From positions 5,084,001 through 5,148,000 of the forward strand of contig CM106585.1 of NCBI GenBank assembly GCA_048013815.1: a DNA stretch of 64,000 nt. Direction: 5' to 3'. Numbering within the stretch: position 1 is the stretch's first letter; every line of letters starts with the position of its first letter. The notes beneath the pieces are model-generated. The model was not told the origin of the DNA. It ran no database searches and was given only the letters and a program-made list of their open reading frames with translations. Made by a program: the position numbers and the translations under genes. The DNA comes from Setoptus koraiensis. Its lineage: Eukaryota > Animalia > Arthropoda. This document shows, piece by piece, positions 13,655-25,879 of this stretch.

Positions 13655-14556
13655 TAGGAGCAAACTAAGTTTACTCTACTATTCGGTTCAGTACTCGCTT
13701 ATTAGTTAACTGACGATTTTTGTTCACCCCACAAACAACAAATATTGATGCAGACATTTCGGCACGCCTAGAACTTCTAGGCTAGAAGGTAAACTCACAG
13801 TGTCTTCTCGCAGTGACATCGATTTCAAAAAAACTCTTCACTAAATTGATTGTTCCGATCGAGTTGGCCGACAAATTCGAGCCTCTTTGCATAAACCCGC
13901 AAAACGAACAGTTTATGCAAAAATGGCAATCTTCTGGAATTATTTGCAGAAATTCATGCCTGTCCTATGCCTGTTAGACACCCACCCCGAACATCCGGAT
14001 ACGGCCGAATTTCAATTTCCTATTTAATGCGCTTGCTTGACACACGATGGGACTAAATTTTCCACTCTGGGACTGGATAACCCAACTTTCCCATTCCAGT
14101 TAGTTCTCTTGTTAATACATTGGCAATGTTTTTTCTCTTTGCCTCACTCGACCAATCTTTTTTCCCTGATCCCTGATTTTTCCACGAAGGTCTCTACTTC
14201 TTAGTGAACGGTATTTATCCATCCCATAGGAACATCTCGGAGTCAGTGTGTACCAAGATGTGTATTATCATAGTTGCAGCGGTCCTATTTTCGGCCCTAG
14301 AGTCAAGTCGAAATCTTTTCTTGCAGTGCAATCTATTCTTAGCGACATCAGTGACATCGTTTAGCATATAAACAAAAACGTCACACTGAATTAGTAGGAT
14401 AAACAAATTATCTGTAAAAACAATTAGAAATTCAGTGAAAACATGACAAAACAACAGCAACAGCAACAAAAAGAGCAGCAATAACATAACAACAAGTCAT
14501 ATGAACATTCGCTCTCATGTTTTTGTCGCTCAACTAACTAAAGAACTCTGCACACT

Positions 14557-17500
14557 ATGACCACCACCATAGAAAAGAAATCATTACAATCTAGCGGTAA
14601 TGGTATGGCTAGAACAACAACAACAGTAACAACCACCACCACTACGGGAGCACCAAAAACAACAGCCAGATTGTCGCGGAGCAATCATCAGCGAAACAAA
14701 TATTTTTCGTATTTGAAGCATCGCCCCAACAACGCAATAGATAAAAGCAATAAAACTAACACAGAAACAGAAGAATTTGATCATGATAAAGACGATGATC
14801 AAATGGGCCGTCAGGTAGACGCTGCACAACAAGAGCAAGAGCGAAAAGAGGAGCAAACGGCGCCGACTGGCCATCAGCAACCAGTGCAACCTCATTTTGG
14901 TCCCATGAAACAATTTTTGGCCACCTATTTCAATCTTTCATCAACAAACAACAAAAGTATTACCACAAACAACACCCCGATTCATCGTAATGTAGATCAA
15001 AATTTAGATAGAGCGACCACTGCAACAGCAACAAAGAACAGCAGCAATTCAAAGAAGAAAAAGTGCATTAGTGTTCCGGCGACCCCAGTTAAAAGTTTGA
15101 TATGCAACAATAATGATGGTGCCGCTGTTCGATTCACTTCTCAATCACCACCGAAGGTGCTAGAGCAACAACATCAGCAACGGAAACAGAGAAAATATTT
15201 TTCTTGGTTGAATATATTCAACAACAATGGCAGCGATTCGGGTTGCAAGTTGGCCGCGAAACAATCAACATCCGAGAAAATTTCAAACAAGATCTTGTCC
15301 AACAACATAAGCATCAACAACAACAGCAATAGCAGCGATCACAACAATGCTAGTGATGTTGCCGCAATTAATTCAAATAATAAATCAAATCACGATGAAC
15401 CAGCAAAGGAATCAGTGAAAAATAGTGATAGTGGCAAGCAGCTTGCGAAGAGAACCGCCAAAAGAAGCAATGTCAAAATAATAGTCGATACCCTAAGCAA
15501 AGAAGTACAAACAGAGGAGGCCAGCCAAAACAATAGCACCTGTAATAATTTACTCAAGACTACATTCCAAAATTTAAGCTATGACTCAAGTGCCCAAAGA
15601 GAATGTCCCATGTCAACGGAGAAATTTCGTGAGCATGGTAGAAATCTGATAGATTATATCAGCAATTATCTCGACACCATTGATAAAAGACGCGTGACAC
15701 CGTTGAATATCGAGCCTGGCTATCTTAGGTCCCTATTGGATGTTGATGCGCCTAAGGAGGGTGAAAAATTCGAGGATATAATGAAAGATTTTGAGAATCA
15801 TATAATGTGCGGAATAACCCATTGGCAGCACCCCAGATTTCACGCTTATTTTCCAGCAGGCAACGCGTACGCGTCCATATTGGCAGATATGCTGTCGGAC
15901 GCCATCGGATGCGTCGGTTTCTCCTGGGTAAGTTGCTCTGTAATCGAGCCTCTTGACTCGAAATTAATTCAACAATTAATTTAATTGATTTAATGTTCTC
16001 ATTAAATTTGTATATATTGTTTTGCTTTGAATGAAAGGCGGCCAGCCCCGCGTGCACCGAACTGGAGATTATCATGCTAGATTGGATGGGAAAAATGATA
16101 GGATTGCCGGAGGAGTTTTTGTGTTTGTCGGGCGCCCAAAGCAAGGGAGGCGGCGTAATACAGGGCTCAGCTAGCGAATGTGTTCTAGTTAATTTATTAG
16201 CGGCTCGGCATGTCGCCATAGACAAATTGCGCAAAAAGTATCCACAAACGCCCGACGGTGTCCTATTGTCTAAATTAATTGGCTACTGTTCCAAGGAGGC
16301 GCATAGTTGCGTCGAGAAGGCGGCCATGATTGGTTTCATAAAAATGCGAGCTCTCGAAACGGACGAAAAATACTCATTGAGGGGCGAAATCTTGAGCAAG
16401 GCCATCAAACAGGACAAGGCCAACGGTTTGGAGCCGTTTCTGGTGAGCGCGACCCTAGGTACAACGTCATGTTGCTCATTTGACAATCTAGAGGAAGTGG
16501 GCCGCGTGTGTCAGGAGCACGATATTTGGTTGCACGTGGACGCTGCTTACGCGGGCAGTGCCCTCATTTGTCCGGAATTCAAATATCTGATGAAGGGCAT
16601 CGAGCTGGCCACCTCTTTCAATATGAACCCCAACAAATGGATGCTGATCAATTTCGACTGCTCCCTCATGTGGTGAGTGCCTCAGCTACACTGTCAATCA
16701 ATGACACGATAATGATTACATCCCACTGTGATGATCACACTGTGTCGTATCATATCGATAGAAAACCATCATGACGATTAACTTAATTTGCTCACTGCTT
16801 GAAATTGTTTTGCCTCATATCATGCCATCCAGGGTGAAGGATAGATTTCAATTAACTAGGGCATTCGTTGTTGATCCACTCTATCTGCAACACAGTTTCT
16901 CTGACAAGGCCATCGATTACAGGGTGAGTGCATTATCCCTAAACACCCAATTATTGCATCAGTGAATGTGTACAGTTACAATAATAACAATTTTGTATCT
17001 TGTCAACTGAACTAACACCAACTTTTCCAACCAACATACTTAGCATTGGGGCATTCCTTTGAGCAGAAGATTCCGAGCTCTAAAATTGTGGTTTGTCATT
17101 AGAAACTACGGCGTCGAGGGCCTGCAGCGATACATTCGCAACGTAAGTAACCAGCGGAAACGGCCAATTGAAATTGCCGATATCGTGTTCGACAGACATT
17201 CCACTCACCAGTGTCTATTTCATCTTCTCGTCTTCTCTCACAGCACGTTGCTTTGGCCAAGAAATTCGAGTCACTCATCAGGGCCGATTCTCGTTTTGAG
17301 ATAATTACTCAAGTGGTGCTGGGCCTGGTGTGCTTCCGTTTAGTGGTGAGTACACAGAGTGCAAATATGTAAAATACCAAATATCAAATATATGTGGCGA
17401 TACGATCAACTTATTAAATGAAACGCAAACGTTACTAGCAAAACTAACTGACTCTACTCGACTTTTTCAAAAAACCGATGCCTCGATGCGAACAGGGCTC

Positions 17501-18518
17501 CAATGCTCTCAATCAGCGCCTTCTGTCAAATATTAACGCCTCCGGCAAGTTGCACATGGTGCCGGCCTCATTGAATGGCCGCTACATAATTAGATTTTGT
17601 GTTTGCTCGCAAGAGGCATGCGACAAGGATGTTATATTTGCCTATCAATGTATATCTGAGTTTGCAAGCGATTTATTTGAGTCCATACGAGCCGGAAGAG
17701 AGAGAATTAGAGCTGTCAGTCAACAAAACACAATAGACGTATCGGACATATCGTTGCATACGCAACAATCGGCCTCGGCAGATCTGGGATTGGCTGGCTC
17801 TGCCAATCATCATCATAATATGCTAATTTCTGCACATTCTGCCTCAACAAGTGCCAGTGCAACCAGCGCAACGGGTCCAATTAGAGGTGCCCAGACACCA
17901 ACAACGATAACAGGTAAAGTGGCCCCCATAGCGGCAGCGAGTGCAAACAGTGGAGTTACCGCGACGACTAACGAAGAATCGCCAGGCATGAGAGCAAAGT
18001 CTGCACTAAGTGCCGGAAATACTTCGGTCACAACAACAACCTGTTCACCTAACTCAGTTAGAACGTCTCCCATGATGTTGATGCACAACCAACAACAACA
18101 AGATCATCAGAGCACCAGCCACTTGGTTCGTGGTGCCTCGAGTAAGCTATTGAAACAGCGCCAACAGCAACAACCAGCGACCAATTCAAACAATGACGCC
18201 AGTCCAAATATCAGTGAAGTAGACGAGGATCTCGAAGAGGAACTGATACTTGACAACTCGTCGTGTTTGCACGATGACATTGACGACGACGAAGACTTGG
18301 GTGCCCTGTTGTTGTCGGACGAAGAATCAAAATCTGGTGCCAACGAGGCAGGTGAGGCCGTTGACGAAGTTTTTACATTAGAGAAAAAGAACAAAATGAG
18401 CCTGAGATACAAGCGTGGCTTTTTTGTCAGAGTTGTGTCAGACCCCAAAATGTACAGGGTTTCCATTTCCGGTGACATAGGACACTCGTCCGGTTCCATT
18501 GGATCAGCGGGCTCATGA
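14557..18518 (+). CDS. Tdc2: Tyrosine decarboxylase (PLP-dependent group II, Tdc2-like); exons 14557-15927, 16038-16672, 16833-16923, 17044-17142, 17244-17345, 17496-18518
   Basis: [21 protein letters not shown]|[24 protein letters not shown]-lysine motif [17 protein letters not shown] (NPNK as in Tdc rather than NPHK of Ddc), IDYR|[16 protein letters not shown], and the Tdc2-type C-terminal [10 protein letters not shown]. Five GT-AG introns are in phase. The exact start codon is uncertain. Confidence 0.93.
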
Positions 18519-19089
18519 ATCACAATAAACGGATCAATTTATACGGATCAATTTATATGCCAATCAATCAATGGGGCAACAGCAAGACTACTATTACTAC
18601 CGCTTATCATGTTCACCCGATATTGTATGAGCAATGACACTGTTCTCTAGGTTTTACTATTATGAATAAAATTGCTCACTCTGCTGACCGAACGAAATGT
18701 TCAAACTTCTTCGCACCGTCTCACTGCGTCGAAATAGATCTTGTTAGTCGTTGTTATGAATTTCATAGAACGAAACGACACAATTATTTCTGTTTGTTGT
18801 TGTTTTTATTCTTAGATGCGGATGCGAAAATTCCGAGTTGGAGCTCCGAAAATTCAGAATCAGATAGATGACGCCTGGCGGAGCATGATAATGCGCATCC
18901 AAGGTCGCGAGTTTACCGGAAACTATAACAGAGACTATTGGTTGTGACAAGCACGATGCAGTTAACAACGGTCTAATAGGCATCCTCCGAAATACGACAC
19001 CGTCTTGCTGATTGTATAGTGGATTATAACCGAAATCTGTTGTGCTACGACCGCCTAACGAAGATGGGCCGGGCGAGCTCGCTCAAGTG

Positions 19090-19690
19090 TTTTTTTTTTT
19101 ATTAATAGTAATGATAATAACAATAATAATAGTGATAATAGTAATAGTATTAGTGGTAGTGAAGGTGATGCTACTGCTGTTGCTGTTGCTCCGGGACTCC
19201 TATCTCCATAGGAGTCTCCGTTGCTGTTGCTGTTTCTATTGCTGATTCTGCTGTTGTTACTGCTGTTGTTACTGCTGTTGTTACTGCTGTTTCTGCTGCT
19301 GCTGCCGCATGAGAGGCGTTGGTGGCTACTATGCCTAGACCGTCGCATCTCTCATAGAGAGATTGCGACGGCCTGTTGGCATAGTAGTCCGCCAGAACGT
19401 GCATGACCGGTTGGAATCGCGGGTGGGGTCCAACCGGTCTGCTGGGTTGCTGCGGTTGTCGCTGCTGTTGGTGCTGTCGGTGGCGCTGGCGCGCATTGCG
19501 CGGCTGGTTCTGGTTCTGGTCCTAGTTCTGGTGCTGTTGTTGTTGTTGTTGTTGCAGTTGGAGCCGCCGGTTGGCCCGCTGTCGCTGCCGTTGTTGTTGC
19601 CGCGGTTGTTGTAGCCGTGGTTGTTGTCGCCGTGGTTGTTGCTGCCGTGGTTGTCGCTGCCGTGGCTGTTGCTGCTGCTGTTGTGGTTGC
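19090..19690. repeat. Low-complexity simple-repeat tract ((CTGCTGTTGTTA)n, (GTT)n, GCCGTGGTTGTT-like units)
   Basis: Read directly; it produces the poly-L/Q/N ORFs seen on both strands. Confidence 0.8.
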
Positions 19691-19792
19691 GGGGCCGCAA
19701 TGTCATAAATATTGCAGTGGGGAGCTATGTTCCAACTCATTTTTCCCCACTGCAATATTGATGATGCTGATGATGATGATGATAATTCTAAT

Positions 19793-20452
19793 AAGATTCT
19801 AGATTTGATACTCTTTGATTTTTTGAAGAAAAACAATGATTGATGATTTTCACAAGAAGAAAAAGAAGAAACGAAGACCCAAACCAAGAATAACTAGTCG
19901 CCAGAGGACCTCAATCAAACGAGTCGTGGAGACTTTGAAAAGGACCGGCGAGAGAGTGACCTCAAGGAAAGTGCACAAAGAGTGCGATCTTCAGCACGTC
20001 ACTGAACGAACAGTGAGAAATCACATGAGGTCACTCAATTACACATACAAACAGGCCAAAATATTATTAAATTGACGCATCAACAGCGCACGAAACGCGT
20101 CGAATTGGCCAAGTCCTGGATCTCAAACTCGCACCCATGGTCGAGAGTGGTTTTCGCCGACGAAAAGCGGTTTAATCTGGACGGACCCGATTCCTGGAGC
20201 TCCTGGTGTAGAGAAGGAGGAGTTTCCACTCGCAACAAGGGCCAACAGGGCGGTGGCAATGTCCAGGTTTGGGGCATGTTAATGTCAGACCACTCGTTGT
20301 CGGTCTTCCGGTTGAACCAGAGATCCAACTCCAAAGATTATATTAATTTCTTGAAGAAGGATATCAAGTCTGTATTGGACGCGTTTCCAATCCGCACAGT
20401 TCAAAAGTTAGTTTTTCTTCAAAAAATCAGAAAGTATCAAACCTAGAATCTT
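19793..20452. repeat. 42-bp inverted repeat (19793-19834 / 20411-20452) bracketing the transposase fragment
   Basis: The reverse complement of the left arm matches the right arm at 39 of 42 positions. Confidence 0.92.
19836..20446 (+). mobile_element. Truncated, frameshifted Tc1/Tc3-like transposase remnant
   Basis: An HTH-like part (VTERTVRNHMRSLNYTYK) frameshifts near 20072 into WSRVVFADEKRFNLDGPDS...QQGGGNVQVWG...NSKDYINFL, matching Tc3 VVFSDEKKFNLDGPDG. It ends before the second catalytic Asp (QDNA). Confidence 0.85.
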
Positions 20453-21699
20453 CAAACTTCACCCGAAATCCCATCTATATGCAGGTAAGTATGTGTGAAA
20501 AAATGAACAAGAACGCTCAACCCAAACCCGAGATACTTACTGTTTCATTAATCTTTTCCAGCAGTGTATACGTTTGCGAACCGGCCGAAGAGGCGCGCGA
20601 CACGAGAGACCTCTTTCGTCAGCCAAACTCATCTCAAAGAGCACAGTTTTGGCCCCGAACAAAGCCGAACATTGTTGTTGGCTGAATTTGTTGGTTGCTA
20701 GAGACAAAAATCATTGTTGAAATCATTGTTGTCATTTGAAAGAGAGCCGGCGATGAAACTTGAGCGCATAAATTGTGCCTGTGGAAGATGAGTTTTGCGC
20801 AAAAATGTTCAAACAATCAAAAGATACAAGTTTGGCCTGATTGGCAAGCTAGTGAATTGGTGAAGCCAACAACAAGGTGAACCCTTTCTGCAAATGGCTC
20901 CAATTTCGATCTGACTCTGGCCCACGTGAACCACTCTGTTTCTGAGGCGCAAGAAAAGATTTGGCAAAAAGCCGGAAAACGGATATTGCACGAGATGAGA
21001 GAAAGTGAGCAGGAAATAGAATTGCATGATCAGTTTTGACGCATCGAGCCACGAATGAGGAATCGGAATTAGTTAGGGTTTGTTGTGGGCACTTTTGCGC
21101 CATCAATTGGTGAACGATTCGGTTCGGAGTGGGCACAGTCCGTCACGTCGGCTCGTGCAAGTTTGGCAACGGGCTGAAACGTGATTATTTTGGCTTGACA
21201 TCTCTGAATTGTAACGCTGATGATGAGTCACGTTGCCAGTTGGTGATTTTTTGAGCAGGGAAATTGATGAATCTTGACGATGGCGCTCGTGTTGTCGGCC
21301 GCCAGTCAGCTCGTCTGACCTTGGCCAATCCTCGCCGCTTGTGGTCTCGAGCGGGCGTTATGTCACGTTTGTCGCAACTCGTGCAGACAACTTTCGCAGA
21401 GTCAACTTGTGAAGCGATATGTTAATTTCGCAGGTATTTATAGAAAGAACAGTGCTGTTTTGTTCATCATTTGAGCGCTTTCGAGCAACATAGCGACAGT
21501 GATGACTTGTGCGGATTTGTGCGCGAGTATCATGTGACTGCCTCTTGCTAGATGCTGTCGGGGCCCGGCGAGACGGGCTCTCGGAACTGTTGGCTTCGCA
21601 TGCGAAATCCCACAGTTCCGAGCGAACGTGAGCGGCTGGCCAATTGGTGCAGAGGCAATTTTTTTGAGAAATAAAAACGTTACATAATGTACAACATGT

Positions 21700-23990
21700 G
21701 CAATTGCATACACGGCGAGTCCAATTCAACTAATTAGTTTGCTTGTTATCCGGCAACTTTAAACATTTTCACGCACGCCAGCTCTCGTTTCGGTGGCGCA
21801 AAATTGCCCGAAATTGCGCGAAATTGTGCGAAATTGTTCATTTCGCTACACATTCACCAACTTTAGACATGGCATATCTAGCTGTTCGCTATATGCTCAA
21901 TATGACGTTGGAAGTGGCTTCATTTTTCGCCCGATTTCCGCGGCTCACAGCCACGAGCCGTTCGCCTGCGGCTCGCCGCTGCAAATTAGACTCTCCTACC
22001 ATCACTCATGTTAATGATGTCCGCTCGTCACAGGCCACGGGGCACCCTAATAGAGCTCACATGACGGTCGTTACGTAACGGGGGGGGGGTGGCCCGTTGC
22101 GTAACAGTGGCAGAGGTGGCGCCACTTGTTTGCGCGCCCATGGCGGTCAGTTTCATCTTCTGTCCGTGTGTGTCGCTATAAATACATACCTGTGTATAGG
22201 TGAGTAGGTGGTAAAGTCGCCTTGCACATGCCAAGGCGACCTTAGTAAGGTCACCTAACAATTGTTATGTAACAATTGTCTCGTTAGAGGCGCACGAGCG
22301 CGCCCACCGGCCGTTGGCCGCTCCGATGGGCGGCCTTTGTTTTTCGTGGGGCCCGCATAATGGGCCGCGCCATTTGAATATGAAGCGGGCCGGGCCCCAC
22401 GATTTGAATATGAAGCGGGCCGGCGCCGCCAATCTAGCGCAATCCGGTGCAATCTAACGCAATCTGATGCAATCTGATCGGCGACCGATCGGAGGCACGT
22501 AGCCGGCACAGTAGCGGCCATTGGGTTGCTGATTGCGGGGCCCGCGCCGGCTTGTCGAGTGCGGCCCGCGCCGGCTTGTCGATTGTGGCGCCCGCTGGAT
22601 TGCCGATAATTCGGTGAGTCAGCGGGCGCCAGTGGGCGCCAGCTTGACCATCAATGGTCACCAGCGGCGCAGATTAGCGGCGTCCGCGCAACGTCAGCGC
22701 GCGCGCCCGAGCCCGTCAAATGGCCGGCTGATGGCGGCCATCGATCGGGGCACATATCGGCCACACGTAAGTTACGTAACGTGTGTGCGTGTGTGTGCGT
22801 GCGTGTGTGTGATTGCTTGTCGGGGGTCCGACGGCGTAACGAGCCGCGACACTGGCCCTCACCGAAAGTGTCTCGTGATTGCGATTGCGTTGGCCGCCAT
22901 TCGCCCGGTGCGACGGGCCGGGCGGCCCGTCGCACCGGATCTGCGGATTTAGCTGGTGGCGCGGGGTATTTATTTGTGCGGCACAACTCTTGTTTGCGCT
23001 TGCGCCGCTTGCGCCACTGTCAGCGCCGTTGCGGGAGCCCCAGATTGGTGCGCTCCAATACATACACTTATATGTATGTATGTATGTATATATTGGATTT
23101 GTTTGTGTTGTGACGCAACGCAAGAGGCGCGCGCTCGCTCGTGTATTGTAACGGGGGCTAGGTTTAAATTATGGCCGCGGGCGCACAGCGGCGGCGCTGT
23201 GCCGCTCTGTCGCCGTTGTCGATGCCAGATAAAGATAACGGGCCCAGCTAACAAGCGCCCGGCTTAAGATTGCGCTCAGTGTGATTGGCTGCAAACAAGT
23301 GCACACAACTCGGACAACAGCAACTTCAACTCCGACAACAACTGCAACTTCAACCACAACTGCCACTGCAACTGCGAAAGCGCCCCCTTCCAAAGTGAGC
23401 ATCGACAGCCAATATCGCGCCACTGGCACCCCGGCCAGTCGCAGCCCGAAGCCCGCAGCCCCAAGTTTGAATCCCGCAGCCCCAAGTCTGAATCTCGGAG
23501 CCCGCAGCCCGAAGCGGCCCAATCATTTCGGCCCGCTGACCAGCGCCGCACAGCGCCCCCACTGCGCCCCTGCTCACTGGTTGGAAGCTGCACACACACA
23601 CAAAATGGCGAGCAGACTGGCGAGCAGGTCACAAAGACAAGTTACACAATTGGTGGGCCGCGGCGCATGTTTAGCGAGCCAAGGTTACGCAACTGTCAGT
23701 GCGACATTGACATCGGCACAACGGCCGGCACAACAATAGCGCCCAACAATAACGCGCATATATCACCCAGACAGAACAGCAAAGTGCAGCAAAGTACAGC
23801 AAGGTATCGCATAGTATCGCACAGCGTGCGACGACAGTGGCACAACTCTTCGGCGCCCCGACCGTCGGCGCAGCCAGTTATTACGAGTGTCTACGAGTGC
23901 AAATTCGCAAGCAATGGAAGCGCGTTCCAGTGTCCCGAACGACAACTTCTAATTAGTGTCACACGTAAATGTAAGTAAATCACCAAGTGC
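21700..23990 (+). repeat. Non-coding module copy B, GC/CpG-rich and expanded by local tandem duplications
   Basis: Its 22050-23990 part is collinear with copy A; its 21700-22270 part is collinear with copy C. Boundaries approximate. Confidence 0.8.
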
Positions 23991-25879
23991 CGCAACAGTG
24001 CACACTGCTGCACAGTTTGTCGTTGGCCAGCGCCAACAACAAACTGTGCGGCGGCGCCCCGACCGCCAACGACCGCCAACGACAGCCACCGAGCGCGACG
24101 CCAAGCCGCGCAAAACCGCGCCAAACCGCGCAAAACCGCGCAAAACTAATTAAACAAATCGGCCCCACAAATGGCCAATATCCGACATTTGAGCCGATGC
24201 TCAAATGTCACGCGATCGAAAAATTGCACTGATTGCATTCGAATGGCACCGGGCACGTACGCTTGCGATGCGCCGGGCATCGGTACAAGCTGGGCATCGG
24301 AACAAGCTGAGCATCGGAACACATTGGGCACCCGAATACGTAGATTGGGCACCCGAATACGTAGCGAGCACGTAGCCTGCACACATGGAGTGAGCGGGCG
24401 AACCGGAAATTGTGTCATCGCTGTATCATCGTGGTGTGTCGTGTTTGGTTCAAGGCGACAACGGATAGCGGCAATAAGTTTTTGGCGCACTCGCCACCGA
24501 TTGTTTACCTCCCCTGACAAGCGGCTCGCTGCTACCATTTGCTCGCGAGTCGCCCGCTCGCTTTGTTTGCCGTTGCTGCCGGCTGCGAATATCGGCCCCA
24601 GCAAGCGGCCCCAGCGAGCGGCATGTGTCACGGCCGTGCGCGGCCAGTGCATGTCCGCCGCGCATTCAATTAGACAGTGGCTAGATTGTTGCGATTGGCC
24701 AATGGATGCGCCTTATCTCCGGCGTTTCCATCAGTGCTCGTGCCTGTCCAGCCAACTTGCATACGTCTTTGCCCTGGGCAATGCGCGCCCTCGCCGCCAC
24801 AAGAGAGCGCGCCAAGTGGCGCACACAAAACCGACCAAGGGGCCCTTCCACTCGGCTAGACGCTGTTGTCGGCCCGACGCTGTTGTCGGCCCGACAGCGT
24901 TGTCTCGCAACGAGAGCACTTCCACTAAAAGTAAATCCAAGTCTAATTGAACTTCCACCGGCTGCATATTGCTGCTCTGTCGCGGTGCTTGGCTCTCGGC
25001 GGCCCACACTAGCGAGCCATGAGCCAACAATATCGCAAGTGGACACATTCTTACATAATTCTTACATAATATTGTTACCAGTTAGCCAGTGCTATATTGG
25101 TACTGTACTGCAAAACAGCTGTACATATGCTCGTGTGCACCTGTACGTACCTGTGTACGTACACCTTTGAGCTGGGCGCGTGCAATATGCAAACCGGCGC
25201 CACCGGTATATTTGTGTTGTTGTGTTTGTTTACACGGACACAACACGACTCAAAATAGCAGTTTATTTGATGTTTGTTGTTGCAACAGCAAACCAATAAA
25301 CTCACCGTGCAAGCTATCGCCCACAAGCTGCTGCCAATGCCGCCGCAGTCGCTCAATCTGTCACTTGGCAACACGCCAGTCAAGTTGAACTGGCCTCAAC
25401 TGGCCCCAATCTCTCATCTATTCGACTCACGACTCACAATTTGAGAGTCACAAAAAATCACACTCGACAATACGGTCTCGGCCAGCTGATATATTTGTTT
25501 GCGCGCAGCCATTCTGCTGACAAACGCAATGTGTGACGAATGCAACGCTGATTGTCTTATTTATTCCGACCTGTCACTTTTGTGTCGGCAAATCAAAATT
25601 ATGTCACGCCGGCCCCATCAATCAGACATCGCGGGAAATATATTGCTAAGAACCGATACATGCATTGATGTGTCTGTATGATTTATTTGAGTGCATTCAA
25701 TATAAACTCACATTGTCAGCTATCGCGATATTGCAACGGCCATGTTGTGCAACAACAACGCAAAAACAATAATAGTGCCCCACTTAGTGCCCCACTTTTT
25801 TCGTCACGAACAAACTCGGCCCTATAAATCCTGGCGTATGTGGCAATAGTTTTGTGCATTATAAATCGAAAGATACAGC

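Noticed and set aside
18815-18946. Extra Tdc 3' exon or small ORF after CTTAG (MRMRKFRVGAPK...)
   Set aside because: No convincing donor in the last Tdc exon and no recognisable homology; cannot be supported without RNA data.
19708-19730. miR-92 family match (TATTGCA...)
   Set aside because: The seed reads ATTGCAG rather than ATTGCAC and the rest does not match.
19042-19887. Poly-L/Q/N/V ORFs
   Set aside because: Products of simple repeats open in several frames on both strands.
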